Of a DNA stretch of 32,000 nucleotides, positions 6,150 to 13,809 are shown one piece after another. A program made the position numbers and the translations under genes. The notes under the pieces were generated by a model. It did not search any database. It was given only the letters and a program-made list of their open reading frames with translations, and was not told the DNA's origin. This stretch comes from an uncultured Poribacteria bacterium (GTDB lineage Bacteria; Poribacteria; WGA-4E; WGA-3G). The first letter of the stretch is position 1. Every line of letters starts with the position of its first letter. The DNA lies in assembly GCA_958296135.2 (NCBI GenBank), contig CATQHZ020000001.1, positions 3,340,536-3,372,535 on the forward strand, written 5' to 3'.

Positions 6150-7568
6150 CTAATAGGGCCGGTCGCTCGTTGTCAACGCGCACCACCGCGAGGCGAACAG
6201 ATGGTTGAATAGCGCGTCCTGCGCCGCCGGCGTATGAATCTGCTTTAACGCCAGCGCAGCATGGAATCGGACATATCGGTTCTCGTCTTCCAACCGCTCA
6301 ACGAGGGTAGGAATTGCCGGTGCCGCGAGTTTCCCTAACTTTGTGAGCGCACGAGCGGCGTTGTCGCGAACCCAATAGAAATCATCACGTAATCCCGTTG
6401 TTAATACTTGCACCGCTTCCGTGAGTTCCGTTTCCGCTGCGACTTGCTGGCCGATGAGCCCTAAGCCTTCCATTGCGTGTCGCCGCACCCATTGACTGCT
6501 GTCTTGTGCGGCGCGCGTTAATGCAGGCACTGCCTCCTGCGCGGTTTTCCCCATATCCGCCAGCGCATACGCCGCGCTCGCCCGGACAGGCTCGGAATCG
6601 GCAGCAAGCGCGTCAATCAGCAGCGGCACCGCGGGAGTGCCCCTGATGCTCAACGCATACCCTGCATAATTGCAGACCGCGTCGGAAACGCTATACAACG
6701 CTTGTTTCAAGGCAGGCATTGCGGCATCGCCGCCCTGCCCCAAACGATAGGCGGCGTTCAAGCATGCGCGCTCGTCTTCGCTTGACAAGGTTTCAACCAG
6801 CGTCTCCACCTCAGCCGGCGACGCGCCGTTTGCAGTCCCGTTCGGTTTCCCATAATACCAATCCCAGAGTGATTCCCACATCGCAGGATGTTCCTCTGAA
6901 TCTGCGCAGCTGCCGAGGGATTTCCAATCTGAAGTCTGGCTATGCCACGCCGGCTCATTGTGCAAAGCCGGTTCGTCTAAGCGCGAAAAGAGGAACTTCA
7001 ACATATACCGCTTTTTGTCGCTCTGATTCGGCATCGCACGATGCCAGAGATCATAGTGGACAATCGTCACTGTACCGGCCTCACCACAGAGTGCGAGCTC
7101 GGGTTGCGCGTGCGCGCTCTCACCGGTATCGTAATACTGCGAACCGGGTAAAACGGCAGTCGGCCCCATGTCCTCCGTAACGTCCTGCGGATAATAGAAC
7201 GCCATCGTCCAGCGGCACCGGTGCCGGCGAATCTGCTCATCGCCTTCATAGGTATCCTTATGAAATACCTGTCCTTCGCTCCCTACTTGATTGTAGTGGC
7301 AGTATCGGTGCGGATGCATCACATAGTTGGGACCTAGGACTCCCTGCATCGCGCCGTGGACAACAGGATGCTCAAAGACTGCCTGAATTTCTGGGATGAG
7401 CGGGAGGACATTGTTGCCCAAATTGCCGGTCTGTGCGAACATCCGCTCCAGTTTGTCATAGATGTCCTCGTGAAAACTCGGCGGGAAATCAGCTTTCACC
7501 TTGACGTAGCCATTCATGATGAAATCCCGCATTGCCTGATCGGTAAGCTGCACTGCATTCGTATTCAT
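6150..7568 (-). CDS. Phytanoyl-CoA dioxygenase (PhyH) family Fe(II)/2-oxoglutarate oxygenase fused to C-terminal HEAT (PBS-lyase-like) repeats
   Basis: 472-aa ORF with AGGAGG upstream. The N-terminal half has FHKD (HxD) and a distal His in VHYDLWHRA. The C-terminal half has about 5 repeats of the type EPVRASAAYALADMG, SQWVRRHAMEGLGLIG, FYWVRDNAARALTKLG and NRYVRFHAALALKQI. Confidence 0.8.
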   Translation of the reverse strand: MNTNAVQLTDQAMRDFIMNGYVKVKADFPPSFHEDIYDKLERMFAQTGNLGNNVLPLIPEIQAVFEHPVVHGAMQGVLGPNYVMHPHRYCHYNQVGSEGQVFHKDTYEGDEQIRRHRCRWTMAFYYPQDVTEDMGPTAVLPGSQYYDTGESAHAQPELALCGEAGTVTIVHYDLWHRAMPNQSDKKRYMLKFLFSRLDEPALHNEPAWHSQTSDWKSLGSCADSEEHPAMWESLWDWYYGKPNGTANGASPAEVETLVETLSSEDERACLNAAYRLGQGGDAAMPALKQALYSVSDAVCNYAGYALSIRGTPAVPLLIDALAADSEPVRASAAYALADMGKTAQEAVPALTRAAQDSSQWVRRHAMEGLGLIGQQVAAETELTEAVQVLTTGLRDDFYWVRDNAARALTKLGKLAAPAIPTLVERLEDENRYVRFHAALALKQIHTPAAQDALFNHLFASRWCALTTSDRPY

Positions 7569-7600
7569 TTGACGCGTTCTCCTCCTATTTTCTTGTGGAA

Positions 7601-7629
7601 ATTATAGCAAACATTGCACGGAAAGTCAA
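7601..7629 (-). promoter_or_regulatory. Sigma70-type promoter for the PhyH-HEAT gene
   Basis: On the minus strand: TTGACT (7629-7624), 17-nt spacer, TATAAT (7606-7601). It lies about 30 nt upstream of the ATG at 7568. Confidence 0.55.
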
Positions 7630-7800
7630 GTTTTTGTATTGGCGCAAAGCGTTTGATAACGTCTTCCTCGTAATCACATCTCTCCGTAACTCCGCAGGGT
7701 TACGCCGCTTGAAAACGTGCCTGCGTCGCCTCGCGTAAGCGGGCCACCTTGTTGTTGCATGCTGTGCTCCTGCGGCTCAGTTTTTATCGGCTCAAAAAAT

Positions 7801-7829
7801 TTGCGTTAAATTTCCGATGCTGCTATACT
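7801..7829 (+). promoter_or_regulatory. Sigma70-type promoter for the gluconolactonase gene
   Basis: TTGCGT (7801-7806), 17-nt spacer, TATACT (7824-7829). Confidence 0.4.
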
Positions 7830-7858
7830 ATTTCATAACGAGAATCAACGCAACCCGC

Positions 7859-7910
7859 GTAGGGCGAGGGAAAACCCGGCGAGCGCGAATCGCCGAGGGT
7901 TCCCCTCGCC
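7859..7910 (+). repeat. Long composite REP variant in the 5' leader of the gluconolactonase gene
   Basis: GTAGGGCGAGGG-AAAA-CCCGGCGAGCGCGAATCGCCGAGGGTTCCCCTCGCC. Same architecture and orientation as 4153-4200. It ends 29 nt before the ATG at 7940. Confidence 0.75.
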
Positions 7911-7939
7911 ATCGTTCAATAAAAAAAGAGGAACATTGC

Positions 7940-8911
7940 ATGAACGCACCCGAAAGAAAGTGGGACGGAACCATCGTCCGCTATCCCGATCCGGCGATTG
8001 AGGTAATTGATGCCCGGTTTGCGACATACAAAATCGGCAATTCCGTTGTGGAAAGGCTGTGGACAGGCGCGCGCTGGTCTGAAGGCCCCGTCTGGTTCGG
8101 TGATGGAGGCTACCTGCTCTGGAGTGATATTCCCAACAATCGCATTCTGAAATGGGAAGAATCCACCGGTGAAGTGAGCGTCTATCGCCAGCCGTCTAAC
8201 TATAGCAACGGCCACACCCGCGACCGGCAGGGCAGACTTATCAGTTGCGAGCACGGCGCGCGGCGCGTCACGCGGACCGAATACGACGGCACCCTCACCG
8301 TGCTGATGGATAGTTTCAACGGAAAACCGCTGAATGCCCCGAACGACGTTGCTGTTCATACCGATGGGCATATCTGGTTCACCGACCCGGGCTACGGCAT
8401 TATGCTCAACTACGAGGGGCACAAGGCGGCGTTTGAACTGCCAACCTGCGTCTATCGCCTCAACCCTGATACCGGCGAGGTTACCGTCGTCACGGATGAA
8501 CTGGAGAAACCCAACGGGCTCTGCTTCTCACCCGACTACACGAAACTCTACCTCGTTGACACAGGTGTCACGCACAAAGAGGGAACACCGCGGCACCTCT
8601 TTGTCTATGATGTCGTCGACAACGCGCTGTTGGAAAATAAACGGGTTTTTTGCGATATGACACCCGGGCTCGCCGATGGCATCCGGTGTGATATTGACGG
8701 AAACCTGTGGGCGAGTGCCGGCTGGGTAGGCGATGGATATGACGGTGTGCATATCTTCGCGTCGGATGGAACGCTCATCGGCAAGATTCATCTGCCGGAA
8801 ATCTGCGCCAACCTCTGCTTCGGCGGCGTGAAACGGAACCGCCTGTTTATGACAGGCAGCCAGTCCCTCTACTCAGTCTACGTTGAAGCCCAAGGCGTGC
8901 CGCTTTTCTAA
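7940..8911 (+). CDS. SMP-30/gluconolactonase/LRE-family hydrolase
   Basis: I trimmed the start from the ORF-track 7817 to ATG 7940 (MNAPERKW). The first 41 codons of the long ORF are the translated REP and promoter. The family pattern EGPVWFGDGGYLLWSDIPNNRILKW...NAPNDVAVHTDGHIWFTDPGYG is present. Confidence 0.85.
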   Translation: MNAPERKWDGTIVRYPDPAIEVIDARFATYKIGNSVVERLWTGARWSEGPVWFGDGGYLLWSDIPNNRILKWEESTGEVSVYRQPSNYSNGHTRDRQGRLISCEHGARRVTRTEYDGTLTVLMDSFNGKPLNAPNDVAVHTDGHIWFTDPGYGIMLNYEGHKAAFELPTCVYRLNPDTGEVTVVTDELEKPNGLCFSPDYTKLYLVDTGVTHKEGTPRHLFVYDVVDNALLENKRVFCDMTPGLADGIRCDIDGNLWASAGWVGDGYDGVHIFASDGTLIGKIHLPEICANLCFGGVKRNRLFMTGSQSLYSVYVEAQGVPLF

Positions 8912-9044
8912 GACAGAAAAACAGAACCGCAAGAAACGTAGGCATCAACGATAGGCACGCCTATCAAGACAGGCGAGATGCCAAATTTAGCATCGAAAAC
9001 GTCGTCTTCGCCAACAACGAAGAGGGCTTACGCCGAGACACGTT

Positions 9045-9893
9045 ATGGCACCAACCCACACCTCCGAACGCCTTGCGAACAACGAAAAACTAGAATCCAT
9101 TGATTGTCCGACGTGCGAGCGCGATGACTCCGAACTACTCTTCCGGAAAGACTCGCTGTCAATCGTCGCATGCAAGGGGTGCGGTTTGCGGTATGTAAAT
9201 CCTCGCGTCCGCAGCCAGACCTTGGAGGAGAACTACGTTGAGGCCTACTATCCGCCTGAAAAAATTAACCGCATCCAGACTGACACGATGGAGTGGTTGC
9301 AAATGGCGGAACGGTTGGAGGAGTTGGAAAAACATCTCCCGACGCAGGGACGACTGCTGGATGTCGGGTGCGGGATTGGGACGTTCTTGCATCTTGCAGA
9401 CGAACGGGGATGGCAGCCGCACGGAATCGAGCCCTCAAAAAGCGGTGCCGCCTGCGCAAAGGAAACCTATCAACTAGACGTGCAGCGCGGAGAACTTTTC
9501 GATGCAAACTTTCCGACAGCGCATTTTGACGCAATCACTGCCTATCACGTGCTAGAGCATATCTCGGAATTGAACCCGTTCCTCGGCGAGCTGCGCCGAG
9601 TTTTGAAGCCGCAGACCGGGAAATTGGTTATCGAGGTGCCGAACGGGGGGAGTCTGCAGAGTCGTCTTCAGAACGCGGATTGGCCCTATGTTCACCCCCG
9701 CGACCATCTCTACTACTTCTCTGCACGCACCTTGCCGAAACTGCTGCGGAAACACGGCTTCCGAGACATCACCTTGGGTAGGCCGAAGCGTGTGAGCCCC
9801 AAAGAAGGCGCGAGGTTCGCACTCCGCGGCGCGACGACAGCAGTGCTCGTCCGCCTCCATTTAGGCACCGTCATCCGGGTGTATGCCAACTAA
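9045..9893 (+). CDS. Class I SAM-dependent methyltransferase with N-terminal Cys4 zinc-ribbon
   Basis: 282-aa ORF. CPTCER...CKGCGLRY is a zinc ribbon. LLDVGCGIGTFL is SAM motif I. The YHVLEHI motif is typical of Methyltransf_11/23-like proteins. Confidence 0.8.
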   Translation: MAPTHTSERLANNEKLESIDCPTCERDDSELLFRKDSLSIVACKGCGLRYVNPRVRSQTLEENYVEAYYPPEKINRIQTDTMEWLQMAERLEELEKHLPTQGRLLDVGCGIGTFLHLADERGWQPHGIEPSKSGAACAKETYQLDVQRGELFDANFPTAHFDAITAYHVLEHISELNPFLGELRRVLKPQTGKLVIEVPNGGSLQSRLQNADWPYVHPRDHLYYFSARTLPKLLRKHGFRDITLGRPKRVSPKEGARFALRGATTAVLVRLHLGTVIRVYAN

Positions 9894-9957
9894 TGCTGCT
9901 GGAGGACTACAGAACAAACCCCGTGGGCGCGGCTCACCACCGCGCATCAACGCGCGC

Positions 9958-10473
9958 CTACGGAGAAATTGAAAACGTTTGAATGACATCGTTCATGAGG
10001 CACCTGTTGGCGATGGTTTCAAGCAACGCCACGTTCAGCGCGCCGGTGAACCTATATTTCGAGCCCGTGCAGACCGCGTTGACACCCGTGATGCCCAAAT
10101 CTTTGACGCCTTTGACAGTGCTATCGCCGACAGCGTCAGTAACACCGGGTTTGAATTGCACCTCAATAGTCCAGTCCTCAGTTGAGGTAGTCCTTGAGTG
10201 CTCACTTCTACCAGAAGAATTCGGGACAGGAAGGGCTTTCCTACTAGAAAGACGCGCTGCAGTATATGTCTGCGTTATCGGATCGGCGAGCAGTTCTGTA
10301 CTAATTCTATCAACAGTTTGTGCGTCAAGCGCGCCATCAAGCCAGAAGAGCGTCGCCGTTCGCACCGAATCAACGCCGCGAATCCCGAGGTCTGCGATAT
10401 CCTCAAGGATGCCCTGTCCAACGGTGTCAGGGACTTCCGGTTTATAGTAAACTTCAATTTTCCAAGTTGTCAT
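9958..10473 (-). CDS. purS: Tandem-duplicated PurS-like protein (two PurS modules in one chain)
   Basis: 171-aa ORF with a GGAG RBS. Residues 4-75 (WKIEVYYKPEVPDTVGQG..DLGIRGVDSVRT..LLADPITQTY) and 101-169 (WTIEVQFKPGVTDAVGDS..DLGITGVNAVCT..CLMNDVIQTF) are mutually similar. Each fits the PurS beta-alpha-beta-beta-alpha-beta pattern. They are joined by a Ser/Thr-rich linker. Confidence 0.6.
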   Translation of the reverse strand: MTTWKIEVYYKPEVPDTVGQGILEDIADLGIRGVDSVRTATLFWLDGALDAQTVDRISTELLADPITQTYTAARLSSRKALPVPNSSGRSEHSRTTSTEDWTIEVQFKPGVTDAVGDSTVKGVKDLGITGVNAVCTGSKYRFTGALNVALLETIANRCLMNDVIQTFSISP

Positions 10474-10502
10474 ATTTTCTCCATAACCAAGGTGAAATCA
10501 CC

Positions 10503-11348
10503 ATGTCCGTTAACCGAACACATTACGCCAGACAAAAAATTTTAGTTTTCGGCGCGCATCCCGATGATTGCGACATGCAAGCGGGAGGTGTCGCCGCCCT
10601 ATATACCCAACAGGGACATTGCGTGAAATTTGTCTCTGTGACTAACGGCGATGCCGGCCATCATGAAATGGGTGGCGGCACCTTGGCGCGCCGCAGGGCC
10701 GCCGAAGCACAAGCCGCCGCCGCAACCATCGGCATTGAATATGAACTGTTTGATAACCACGATGGCGAACTCTTGCCGACGTTAGAGAACCGCTATCAAA
10801 TCATTCGCACCATTCGCGAGTTTCAGCCAGCGCTAATTATGACACACCGACCGAACGATTACCATCCAGACCATCGGTATACGTCGATGTTGGTGCAGGA
10901 CGCGGCGTATATGGTAACGGTGCCGAACATTTGCGCGCTCACGCCGCACCTACAGAAGAATCCAGTCATTGTTTACCTGAACGACAGGTTCTTGAAACCC
11001 TATCCGTTCACGCCGGATGTCGCTGTCGGCATTGATGCCGTGGTAGAGCAGAAAATCGACATGCTACATTGCCATACCTCGCAACTCTACGAATGGCTGC
11101 CCTACAATAGCGGGACTTTAGCCGATGTCCCCGCGGGGGAAACAGCACGACGCGCATGGCTAGCGCAGCGGTTACTGACTCGATTCCACAGCATCGCTGA
11201 AAAGCACCGCGCGCTATTAGTCTCCCTCTACGGAGAAAAAGTTGGAAATGAAATCCAATACGCCGAAGTGTTTGAGGGGTGCGAATACGGGTCTCCGCTC
11301 ACAGCAGAGAATATCCCAACGCTCTTCCCCTTTTTTTCTAACTCCTAA
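10503..11348 (+). CDS. PIG-L/LmbE-family N-acetylglucosaminyl deacetylase
   Basis: I trimmed the start to ATG 10503 (MSVNRTHYARQKILVFGAHPDDCDMQAGG) with AAGGTGA upstream. The AHPDD and HPDH zinc-binding motifs are present. The longer ORF-track start (10320) would overlap purS. Confidence 0.8.
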   Translation: MSVNRTHYARQKILVFGAHPDDCDMQAGGVAALYTQQGHCVKFVSVTNGDAGHHEMGGGTLARRRAAEAQAAAATIGIEYELFDNHDGELLPTLENRYQIIRTIREFQPALIMTHRPNDYHPDHRYTSMLVQDAAYMVTVPNICALTPHLQKNPVIVYLNDRFLKPYPFTPDVAVGIDAVVEQKIDMLHCHTSQLYEWLPYNSGTLADVPAGETARRAWLAQRLLTRFHSIAEKHRALLVSLYGEKVGNEIQYAEVFEGCEYGSPLTAENIPTLFPFFSNS

Positions 11349-11364
11349 CCCGGTAGGCCGGGCG

Positions 11365-11398
11365 GCGCGATTGCTTTTGCGACGCAACGCAATCGCGC
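11365..11398 (+). terminator. GC-rich hairpin 17 nt after the deacetylase stop (possible terminator; no T-tract)
   Basis: GCGCGATTGC (11365-11374) pairs with GCAATCGCGC (11389-11398), and an inner TTGC/GCAA extension is possible. It is preceded by GGTAGGCCGG (a GTAGG head). Confidence 0.35.
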
Positions 11399-11453
11399 AG
11401 ACTGAAGGCGTAACGGTTTGAAACCGCGCTCGCTACAGCAAGAAAGACAAAAA

Positions 11454-11714
11454 ATGCCAACAGAAGAAGCCAGTCCACGAACATTGATGGTCATCGTCTG
11501 CGTCATCGGTCTGATTTTTGCGATTGTGATGGTAATCCTCTTTTTCAACGCCGCCCCGGCGCGCTCAAACATAGAGGTGCACCAACAATCGACAGAGGAT
11601 GCCGCGTGTCTCAAATGCCATTTGAAAGGTGACGAAAAGTCCCCGACGATGCCGCACCTAGACCTCGGCAACTGCAACCTGTGCCACGGGCTATCAAAAG
11701 AGCCGCCGCGCTAA
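11454..11714 (+). CDS. Small membrane-anchored di-haem c-type cytochrome (doubled CXXCH motif)
   Basis: About 86 aa from ATG 11454 (the ORF-track TTG at 11418 is also possible). It has an N-terminal TM helix (LMVIVCVIGLIFAIVMVILFF). Two haem-binding motifs, CLKCH and CNLCH, lie within 30 residues. Confidence 0.55.
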   Translation: MPTEEASPRTLMVIVCVIGLIFAIVMVILFFNAAPARSNIEVHQQSTEDAACLKCHLKGDEKSPTMPHLDLGNCNLCHGLSKEPPR

Positions 11715-12596
11715 AACTGCTACCCACGTGATGTCATCTTCTGGCTCGCGCGCGACTTGCAGACACTCGAAACGGTGCGCCTCCAAAACGGATTTGACTT
11801 GGGCGAGCTCTGTCTCCAAAATGCCTGAGAAAATGACGTGCCCTTCGGGATGCAGGCGCGGCACGCAGTCCGGGATAATAGGGAGAATCACCTTCGTTAG
11901 GATATTTCCGACGATGAGATGATAGGTGCCTCGCTGCCCTTTGAGCCCATCACCTTGCAACAATTGCACCTGCGAATGGACACCGTTATTGCGAAAATTC
12001 GATTCAGCCACAGGTATCGCTGCCGCATCTAGTTCAATCGCATCGACATGTTTTGCCCCTAACTTCACGGCGGCGATGGTTAAGATGCCGGATCCGGTGC
12101 CAATATCGGCGACGCTGTAGGCGCGGTTTGCAACCGCGCATCCTTTTACCGCTCCCTCCAACAATTCAAGGGAGAGCCGCGTGGTTGGGTGGTAACCCGT
12201 GCCGAATGCCATTCCCGGGTCCAGTCGGATGAGGATGTCTGTCTCGGCAGGCGCGATGTCCTCCCACGTCGGTGCGATGAGCAACCGTTTTCCAACGCGC
12301 TGGGGCGGAAAGGCTGCCTTCCACGCTTCCTCCCAAGCCTCGGATGCCACCTGTTTTAAGGTAACCTGCGCTGGATGCGGTTCAATCCCCCACGTCGGCA
12401 GTTGTGCAAGAAAATCTCGCAACTTCTGAACCTTCGCGCCGACCCTGTCATCCAATGGATAGTAGGCGATGAGGCGGGTTGTCGCCGCAGCGTCATCCTT
12501 GAATTCAACGCCGAGCGCATTCAATTGAAATAGATAGTTAGCAACCGCTTCGGATGCCTCGTGGGAGGTAGTTACCGTCATTTGTGCCCAGTGCAT
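11694..12596 (-). CDS. prmA: Ribosomal protein L11 methyltransferase
   Basis: I trimmed the start to ATG 12596 (MHWAQMTVTTSHEASEAV), the typical PrmA N-terminus. The SAM motif VADIGTGSGILTIAA is present, and LIVGNIL is typical of PrmA. Confidence 0.85.
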   Translation of the reverse strand: MHWAQMTVTTSHEASEAVANYLFQLNALGVEFKDDAAATTRLIAYYPLDDRVGAKVQKLRDFLAQLPTWGIEPHPAQVTLKQVASEAWEEAWKAAFPPQRVGKRLLIAPTWEDIAPAETDILIRLDPGMAFGTGYHPTTRLSLELLEGAVKGCAVANRAYSVADIGTGSGILTIAAVKLGAKHVDAIELDAAAIPVAESNFRNNGVHSQVQLLQGDGLKGQRGTYHLIVGNILTKVILPIIPDCVPRLHPEGHVIFSGILETELAQVKSVLEAHRFECLQVAREPEDDITWVAVLARRLF

Positions 12597-12663
12597 ATTT
12601 TTCGGAGTAGCGCAAAGCGTTCGGCGAACATCTCTGGTGTAAGAACAGTGAACTTCCCAGGCC

Positions 12664-12682
12664 GACTTGACGTTGTCAAGTC
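12664..12682. promoter_or_regulatory. Perfect 19-bp palindrome GACTTGAC-GTT-GTCAAGTC upstream of prmA (candidate operator)
   Basis: 8-bp inverted arms with a 3-nt centre, lying in the 136-nt spacer between the methylase pseudogene stop and the prmA start. I found no acceptable -10 at promoter spacing on either strand. Confidence 0.3.
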
Positions 12683-12732
12683 TTGCATTTCTTTCTAACA
12701 TCGTGAAAATCTGTATCGCGCAGCCGCTGATA

Positions 12733-13706
12733 TTACCTTTTCTTTACGATGAGGAGTTCGTGAGCGTGCTTGACGTGCCCGGTGCCATTCTCAATCCGAT
12801 TCTTGCCAATGCGGGTTTCGCCCTGCCCTAAGGTATACTGCCATTCAACCTCAATGATTCGGAAATCGGCATACCAGCCTCGGATAGTCTTGCAATCGTT
12901 GTAGGAAAGGACGAAGCCGCCATTATGCGCGTGGAGCAAGTCGCGTAGCAGTTCATGCTTGAAGCCGTTATGGTGCACTGGGAAATTCCGTTGTGGATAA
13001 ATCCCCTTGAACATTTTCCCTTCATCAAGGTAGTAAGGCGGATCGCAGTAGAGGAATTCACCCGGATGCAGAGGAAGAGTTTCCTCAAAACTTCCGTGCC
13101 GCACAGATAAAAAAGGACACTGGAAATGACGTACCGTTTCCACCGCACGGGCATATTTCCCCGGCGACTCGTAAATCTTCGACATCCAGCCGAGGAAGCC
13201 GGGACCGTAGGAGAGATTGTGATTGAACCAATAATGCGCCCCCAATTCTAACGCATCCTCAATGCGGTTTTCGTCCTTCCAATGCGCTTTGAGTCTACGC
13301 TTAATCTCAGCGTATTGCGTCTTCGTGGGGGCCACCGTTCAAGTCTCTCCGCAAGTTGTTTACCTGACGTAAGTTGCACATGCCAATAGTTGACGAGGAT
13401 ATCAAAGATGTCGTAGGCTTGCACCCGTATACCGAGTTCTGCAGCGCAGGCAATCTCAACCGCGCCACCGCCCATAAACGGTGAAACTAGTGTCTCTAAG
13501 CCATCGGGCATTTGCTCCACGACATGCCCAACGCCAAGACTTTTCCCACCAGCATAACGCAGCGGCAGCCCTTTGTAACGCGCGTATTTATACCTTCCCC
13601 GGCTTCTCAGCGACTCTAAAAATAGCACTCTCAAAGAAGTGCCAAAAAAGTCCGGATAGATATCCTTTATCTGAGCAGGACTTGCGGAATAACGTATCAC
13701 GTGCAA
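12733..13706 (-). pseudogene. Dam-like (D12 class) N6-adenine DNA methyltransferase, split by a 1-nt frameshift in a C5 run
   Basis: The N-terminal ORF 13248-13706 has a TTG start with AAGGAG 8 nt upstream and carries LRYAGGKS and FMGGGAVE. The C-terminal ORF 12733-13335 carries the DPPY catalytic motif. The frames meet at TGGCCCCCACG (G5 on the plus strand, 13327-13331). One extra C would give a continuous ...ERWPPTKTQYAEIK... Confidence 0.75.
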
Positions 13707-13809
13707 TCTAATGCTCCTTTTTTTCTTCGCGCGTAGCGGACAGATGTAACGCTATAGACTCGGATTTGGTGCATCAAGACCGGGGGCTCTCCTACCTCAT
13801 CAGGCCTGT

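Noticed and set aside
7745-7790. Possible fourth copy of the 85-nt repeat (CTTGTTGTTGCATGCTGTGCTCC)
   Set aside because: Only about 10 nt (TGTTGTTGCA) are shared, and the rest does not align in either orientation.
7817-7939. ORF-track start at 7817 for the gluconolactonase (41 extra N-terminal residues, including VGRGKTRRARIAEGSPRH)
   Set aside because: These codons are the translated promoter and composite REP element. ATG 7940 gives the usual family N-terminus and follows an A/G-rich RBS region.
10320-10502. Long N-terminal extensions in the ORF track for the PIG-L deacetylase (10320), prmA (12701), skp (20938), ilvE (24533), Uma2 (27744) and the SpoU fusion (18181)
   Set aside because: In each case an internal ATG with a better-placed Shine-Dalgarno sequence gives the family-typical N-terminus. 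It also removes overlap with neighbouring genes or repeats.
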